Assembly (NCBI GenBank): GCA_003707115.1
Contig: PPNB01000020.1
Span: 124,001 to 157,813 of the forward strand
Length of the DNA stretch: 33,813 bases
Reading direction: 5' to 3'
DNA from: Tortispora ganteri
Lineage: Eukaryota
The notes under the pieces: model-generated
Told to the model about the DNA's origin: nothing
The model's database searches: none
What the model saw: only the letters and a program-made list of their open reading frames with translations
Shown here: positions 28,998 through 33,813 of the stretch, piece by piece
Position numbering within the stretch: the stretch's first letter is position 1
How the letters are laid out: each line of letters opens with the position of its first letter
Program-made: the position numbers and the translations under genes

Positions 28998-30515
28998 ATG
29001 CATATTTCCTTGTTAACTATTGCTGCTGCTGCTAGTGCGATAGTTTTGCCCTATGAGGCACCACTTATCAACGCCAACGCCGTCGCCTCCCCTGCAGGCA
29101 AAGGCGACCTCATCCCTGGCCACTACATAGTCGTCTACAAAGATGGCGTGTCCGCCGCTGAAGCTGAGGAACACCGTGCTTCCATTGATTCTCATCTCAT
29201 GAAGCGTGCCCAGTTTGCTCTCCCTGACGGTTTCTCGGAAGGCATCAAACATGTTTATCAATTCGCTGACTCTGCGTTTGGATACGCTGGTTCTTTCTCT
29301 GACGATCTTATTGCCGTAATTCGTGCAGACCCTCGAGTTGCTCATGTTGAACAGGATTCCATCGTGACAATCTCTGATGATGTCCAAGGCAATGTAGATT
29401 CCGAGAAGACTGACGTTACCGAACAAGCCGACGCCCCCTGGGGTCTAGCTAGAATCTCTCACCGTGATCCTTTGACATTCGGTACCTTCAATAAATACGT
29501 CTATAATGTCCATGGCGGCGAAGGTATTTATGCTTTCATTGTTGATACTGGCTCTTACCTTGCTTCCAAGGAATTTGGCGACCGTGGTTCCTGGGGCGCC
29601 ACCATCCCCGCCGGCGACCCCGATGAGGATGGCAATGGCCATGGCACTCACGTCGCCGGTACTATTGCATCTTCCTCGTACGGTGTCGCGAAGAAGGCCA
29701 AAGTTGTTGCCGTTAAGGTTCTCCGTTCTAACGGCTCTGGAACTATGAGTGATGTCGTCAAAGGCGTCGAATATGTTGCCACCGCTCATGCCAAACTTGT
29801 TGCCGAAGCTAAGGCTGGAAAGCGCAAGGGCTTTAAAGGCTCTGTTGCTAACATGTCACTAGGTGGAGGTCAATCACCTACTCTCGACAAGGCGGTGAAT
29901 GCTGCGGTTAAGGCCGGTGTTCACTTTGCTGTTGCTGCTGGTAACGAAGATGCCGACGCTTGCACTTCATCACCTGCACGCGCTGAATTACCCGTCACTG
30001 TTGGCGCTTCTACCATCGGTGATGAGCGTGCATATTTTTCCAACTATGGATCTTGCGTTGACATTTTTGCTCCCGGACTCAACATTAAGTCCACTTGGAT
30101 CGGATCGCCCGATGCTGTTAATACCATCTCTGGTACATCCATGGCTTCACCTCACGTTGCTGGCCTCTTAGCATACTTCTCTTCTCTTCAGCCTGGTGCT
30201 GATTCTGCTTACTTTACTGACTACCTTTCGCCTACTGCTCTTAAGAAGAAAATTATCTCCTACGGTGTTTATGATGCTCTTGATAACATTCCTGCTGGAA
30301 CTAAGACACCCAACATTTTGATCTTCAACGGAGGCAAAGAGAACCTGACCGACAAGTTCTGGAATCACAAACCTACTGTTCCTGATGCTGATGTGCCCTC
30401 TTTGGACACTGGCTTGTTTCCTAACTGCCATAACATTATGAATGGACTCTATGGATTCATGCACACCTTTGTCTCTGACGTCAAGGGTCTTTTCTTATCC
30501 TCTGGTAGGCTTTAA
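28998..30515 (+). CDS. PRB1: Vacuolar subtilisin-like protease B (cerevisin, S8A) precursor
   Basis: Signal peptide, I9 propeptide (IPGHYIVV...VEQD), APWGLARISHR, catalytic triad motifs IVDTG / HGTHVAG / SGTSMASPHVAG. Confidence 0.95.
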   Translation: MHISLLTIAAAASAIVLPYEAPLINANAVASPAGKGDLIPGHYIVVYKDGVSAAEAEEHRASIDSHLMKRAQFALPDGFSEGIKHVYQFADSAFGYAGSFSDDLIAVIRADPRVAHVEQDSIVTISDDVQGNVDSEKTDVTEQADAPWGLARISHRDPLTFGTFNKYVYNVHGGEGIYAFIVDTGSYLASKEFGDRGSWGATIPAGDPDEDGNGHGTHVAGTIASSSYGVAKKAKVVAVKVLRSNGSGTMSDVVKGVEYVATAHAKLVAEAKAGKRKGFKGSVANMSLGGGQSPTLDKAVNAAVKAGVHFAVAAGNEDADACTSSPARAELPVTVGASTIGDERAYFSNYGSCVDIFAPGLNIKSTWIGSPDAVNTISGTSMASPHVAGLLAYFSSLQPGADSAYFTDYLSPTALKKKIISYGVYDALDNIPAGTKTPNILIFNGGKENLTDKFWNHKPTVPDADVPSLDTGLFPNCHNIMNGLYGFMHTFVSDVKGLFLSSGRL

Positions 30516-30704
30516 AGATTAGTGATAGATATAGTGGAAGTATAAATACTAGCTTTATAATTGACCGATGATGTAACTAGTGTAAGCTTAAAGATACATT
30601 GATCTACAAGTTGTATATGAAAAATCCAATAATCTGTATAACTATAAATAGTGATAAAACAAACCCCCATTTGTTTTAAGAAAAAAAACTAAAACCAGTA
30701 ACAT

Positions 30705-32213
30705 TTAACGCTTGAAGTACTTCTTTTCGAGGTAGCGAGTAACAAGATAAGTAGGTATGCAAGCTCCAAAAATGAGCTCGAAACCGATATCTCCTCCAGC
30801 AGCGGCGGCAGCAGGACCAGTCCACCAAACCTGAGACATACCGAGTACAGCCATGGCGACACCGACAGCGAAAGTGGAAGCAGCAGCAATACCGATAGGT
30901 AATAATTCCTTCTTTTCGTAGATGTCAAAGTTGTACTTGGAATAGCCACCAACGAAGACAAGATGCTCGATGAGACACACGGAAATATAAATCGTGAGCC
31001 AGTAGCCGATGATGTTCATGAAGTTCTCCATGTAGCTTTCAAAAGAATAGTAAGCAGGAATGGAGATTCCAATAATAATGGCACTTCCAATAAGAACCCA
31101 GCAAAAACGAGGAACTTTAGTGAAGGCAGGAGTGAATGCCTGAGCAGAGAGGGCAAAAGAATAGAAGTTAGGGATGTTGTTTGCGACAGTACCAAGAGCC
31201 AAAATGACGAGACAGAACTGACCAAAGCCATGGAGAGAGTCTTCAACAAGGACAGCGTATAGGAGACCGCCAATCTTTTCATCAGCGTAATGATTAGCCC
31301 AGGTTGCATTTTCGAGAGTGCCAGACATGCAGGCAGCGCCAAGAACCATAGGGCAAATCATGGCCAAGCTAAGACCAGCATATACCCACAAGAAGAGACG
31401 AATCTTGCTTGTATCACGAGGCATGTATACAACATAGTCGCTTGCAAGAGATGTCCAGCCGACAGCATAACCATAGATAGTTGCGCCGAAAGAGAGGACC
31501 TTTCCAGCTTCAACATGGCCGCTGTCCATGGCACGCGAGGTGAAATTTCCAGACATTCCAAGTCTAACGGCGACGACAATGAAGATTATGACATTAGGAA
31601 GCCAAGACCAGCGCTCGAAAGCGTGTACGACGTTGTATCCAAGGAAGGAGATGGCGCAGGTGATGAGAATGAGAATTATAATGGCGACGGGCACGGGAAG
31701 TTGAGCAGTACCAACAGAGTGAAGCAGTTGAGCACCGACAATAGTGTTAAGAGTACCCCAGCCGAGGCAAGCCAAGACAGAGAAGAAAGAGAAGATTCTG
31801 ATGACATAGAAGCCAACATAGTATCTAGTAAGGATGAGCTGGCGGAGACCTGAGATGGGGCCAAAGGTTGAGAAAAAGGCAGGGAAAGTTGCACCAAAAA
31901 GGACAAAGAAGACGATACAAAGGAAAGAATCCCAGAATTCGAGACCAAACACACCGATTCCTAGGGCACCTAGGGAAAGAGAAGCAATAACCATATTACA
32001 AGCGAACCAAACAGAGAAAGCGTTGAAGAAACTAGTGTCAGTCTTTTCCTCATCGGGGACACGCTCTACACCTCTGGCTTCTACACCGGTAGAAGTGAGC
32101 ATGATGTAGATCTTTCTCCATCTAGAGGATGTTGGTTCCGAGATGATTTCATACTCATCTGAAATATGAGATTCAGTCTCTGGGGCTTTTTCGAGGTCTA
32201 TTTGTTTGTCCAT
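30705..32213 (-). CDS. FCY2: Purine-cytosine permease (NCS1 family, Fcy2-like)
   Basis: VEARGVERVP, FGPISGLRQ, GW..N, FERWSWLP, VLSFG, ASDY..YMP, ANNIPN.YS; about 12 TM segments. Confidence 0.9.
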   Translation of the reverse strand: MDKQIDLEKAPETESHISDEYEIISEPTSSRWRKIYIMLTSTGVEARGVERVPDEEKTDTSFFNAFSVWFACNMVIASLSLGALGIGVFGLEFWDSFLCIVFFVLFGATFPAFFSTFGPISGLRQLILTRYYVGFYVIRIFSFFSVLACLGWGTLNTIVGAQLLHSVGTAQLPVPVAIIILILITCAISFLGYNVVHAFERWSWLPNVIIFIVVAVRLGMSGNFTSRAMDSGHVEAGKVLSFGATIYGYAVGWTSLASDYVVYMPRDTSKIRLFLWVYAGLSLAMICPMVLGAACMSGTLENATWANHYADEKIGGLLYAVLVEDSLHGFGQFCLVILALGTVANNIPNFYSFALSAQAFTPAFTKVPRFCWVLIGSAIIIGISIPAYYSFESYMENFMNIIGYWLTIYISVCLIEHLVFVGGYSKYNFDIYEKKELLPIGIAAASTFAVGVAMAVLGMSQVWWTGPAAAAAGGDIGFELIFGACIPTYLVTRYLEKKYFKR

Positions 32214-32281
32214 TGCTGAGGCTTTGCTAAAATGAATATCTGTGTATAAGAGTTGGCTAGATGATCCGATTTATGAATGTG

Positions 32282-32443
32282 GATAAGAGAAAATGGAGGT
32301 TAATTTATATTATTTTTAGATACTGCGTTATCCATTTTGAAAAGTAAGTGTTGAATAACTAATCCGGTCGATCGAAACTTTTTCCTTTCACGCAGACCAT
32401 ATACTTCACGGTCGAGTTAAACTTTAATTAATTCAGTCTTATC
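32282..32443. promoter_or_regulatory. GATA (nitrogen-regulation) sites upstream of FCY2
   Basis: GATAAG at 32282-32287 and CTTATC at 32438-32443. Confidence 0.35.
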
Positions 32444-33813
32444 AAAGTTTTAAGTTCAACCTATTAGGCATAATGAATTCACTAAAGTAGAACTAAATAT
32501 ACTCTTGCCGTGTGATATTTTAGGATTATAGCCAATTGCGCTTGAAAACTAATAACGGGTTAGGAGACAAAGTCCAATACAAAATTGCAGATCTCAAGGA
32601 GATGCTCTCCCATCGGGCTTCGGCCGAGGTGCGATCGACCTAATGCTTGTCTGCGATTACCTTTCTATCTAACTTCTTTATTCATATCAATCTAAAAAAG
32701 AATGAAGTTTCATTGAAACTGCATCTATTACTCTCGAAATCACTGTACCAACTTTTCATTTGCATCTCATCTCAGCCGATGAACCTCTTCCTCCGGCCGA
32801 CCTTTAGAAACAGTACCATTCCCCGAATTCCCCCGCTTACATGCACTTCATCTCGAAATGACCTTATCTGCTATCAGCTTACAGCAATACGCTATCTTGC
32901 GCTCGCTGCTACATTGCTACATCTTAATGGCAAGTACATGTTTTCTCTCATTGAATATCTTTCCCATAAACTTGATGTCCTTACTTTAATTCTACTGTTC
33001 CCTAAAACCAATGCTTTGTTCTCACGGAAGCCCCGTATGACAAGTGATTCTAACGTCGAATTGACACAATCAAAACCTTCACAATCGATGTACACTTTGT
33101 GTTATCTTTCTTTCCTAACTTTTTAATTGCGCTCTCCCGCTGTAGAGCTAGCTGATCTCATCCGCCTATTCATTACCATTTTCTTACAATTTAACTTCAA
33201 TTAATGGTAGGTTCCATATGAACTCTAATCTTACATATCGCTTAGAAGCGCATATTCTTTCATTATCCCCTTCGCCACGTCGTTTATCACACGCCTCCTC
33301 TACACCCTAGAAGAGTATACACTGATAGCTCTATTCAATGTTACTTCAAAATCTACTCATTTAATACGTCTCCGTGATGAACGAGTAGCAATCCCGCATC
33401 AGGTCAGTTTTTGAACGGCTCTTCCCCTTCAGCTCCCAAAATAGCTACCTTTTCTTTTAAACTCCCGCCTCCTATCCACAGCGTATTATCTTTGTCAGTC
33501 CTCTTAGTTATTCAATTGCACCATTTACCTCTATTATTTTTTCATTTAATTAAATTTTCATCTATTCCTTACACTTTATTGCTTTGAAGTCTTTCTTGTT
33601 ATCCGATAAATTACTCTCAACCAGTTGTATACACCTAGTACCGGTCCCTTATACAAAATCCAAAACTGAGCGCTCCGATCGAAACTTTAACCTCGTGCAA
33701 AATTTTAATCGTTATTAAGTCCTCACTATCGGCGCCTTTACAAAGCCTTACGCGCTGTTGCCTCGCCAAAATACATACAATATACTTACCGATCAGTTTG
33801 CACTCTCTTTATC

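Noticed and set aside
32613..32627. UaY/Ppr1-type TCGG-N6-CCGA site upstream of FCY2
   Set aside because: The spacer is 7 nt, not 6.
32647..33126. 159-aa plus-strand ORF
   Set aside because: TTG start, Leu/Ser/Phe-rich composition dictated by the C/T-rich strand, no motifs.

Overview
Gene-dense, nearly intron-free chromosomal segment from an ascomycete yeast. It uses the standard genetic code (CTG=Leu), retains respiratory complex I (NDUFS5) and carries a Pezizomycotina-type MDR pump, which suggests an early-diverging budding-yeast lineage; the species cannot be named from sequence alone. Genes, left to right: ATF1/SKO1-type bZIP factor (partial, minus strand, missed by the ORF track), SPC98, NCE101, UTP15, GET3, ICL1, a divergent Ser/Thr kinase, a small OB-fold-like ORF (possibly TEN1), NTH1, FHL1, tRNA-Leu(AAG), SPF27/BCAS2, a small heat-shock protein, GPI18, NDUFS5, MSL5/BBP, an ABCB multidrug transporter, PRB1 and an FCY2-type permease. 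No mobile element was seen. The most interesting unexplained signals are non-coding. (1) A ~240-nt densely base-paired element with mutually exclusive pairings, uORFs and a hairpin-sequestered branch point/3' splice site lies just upstream of PRB1. (2) An orphan intron-like segment (GTAAGT...TACTAAC...AAG) with internal hairpins lies between ATF1 and SPC98. Both were folded by eye and are hypotheses.
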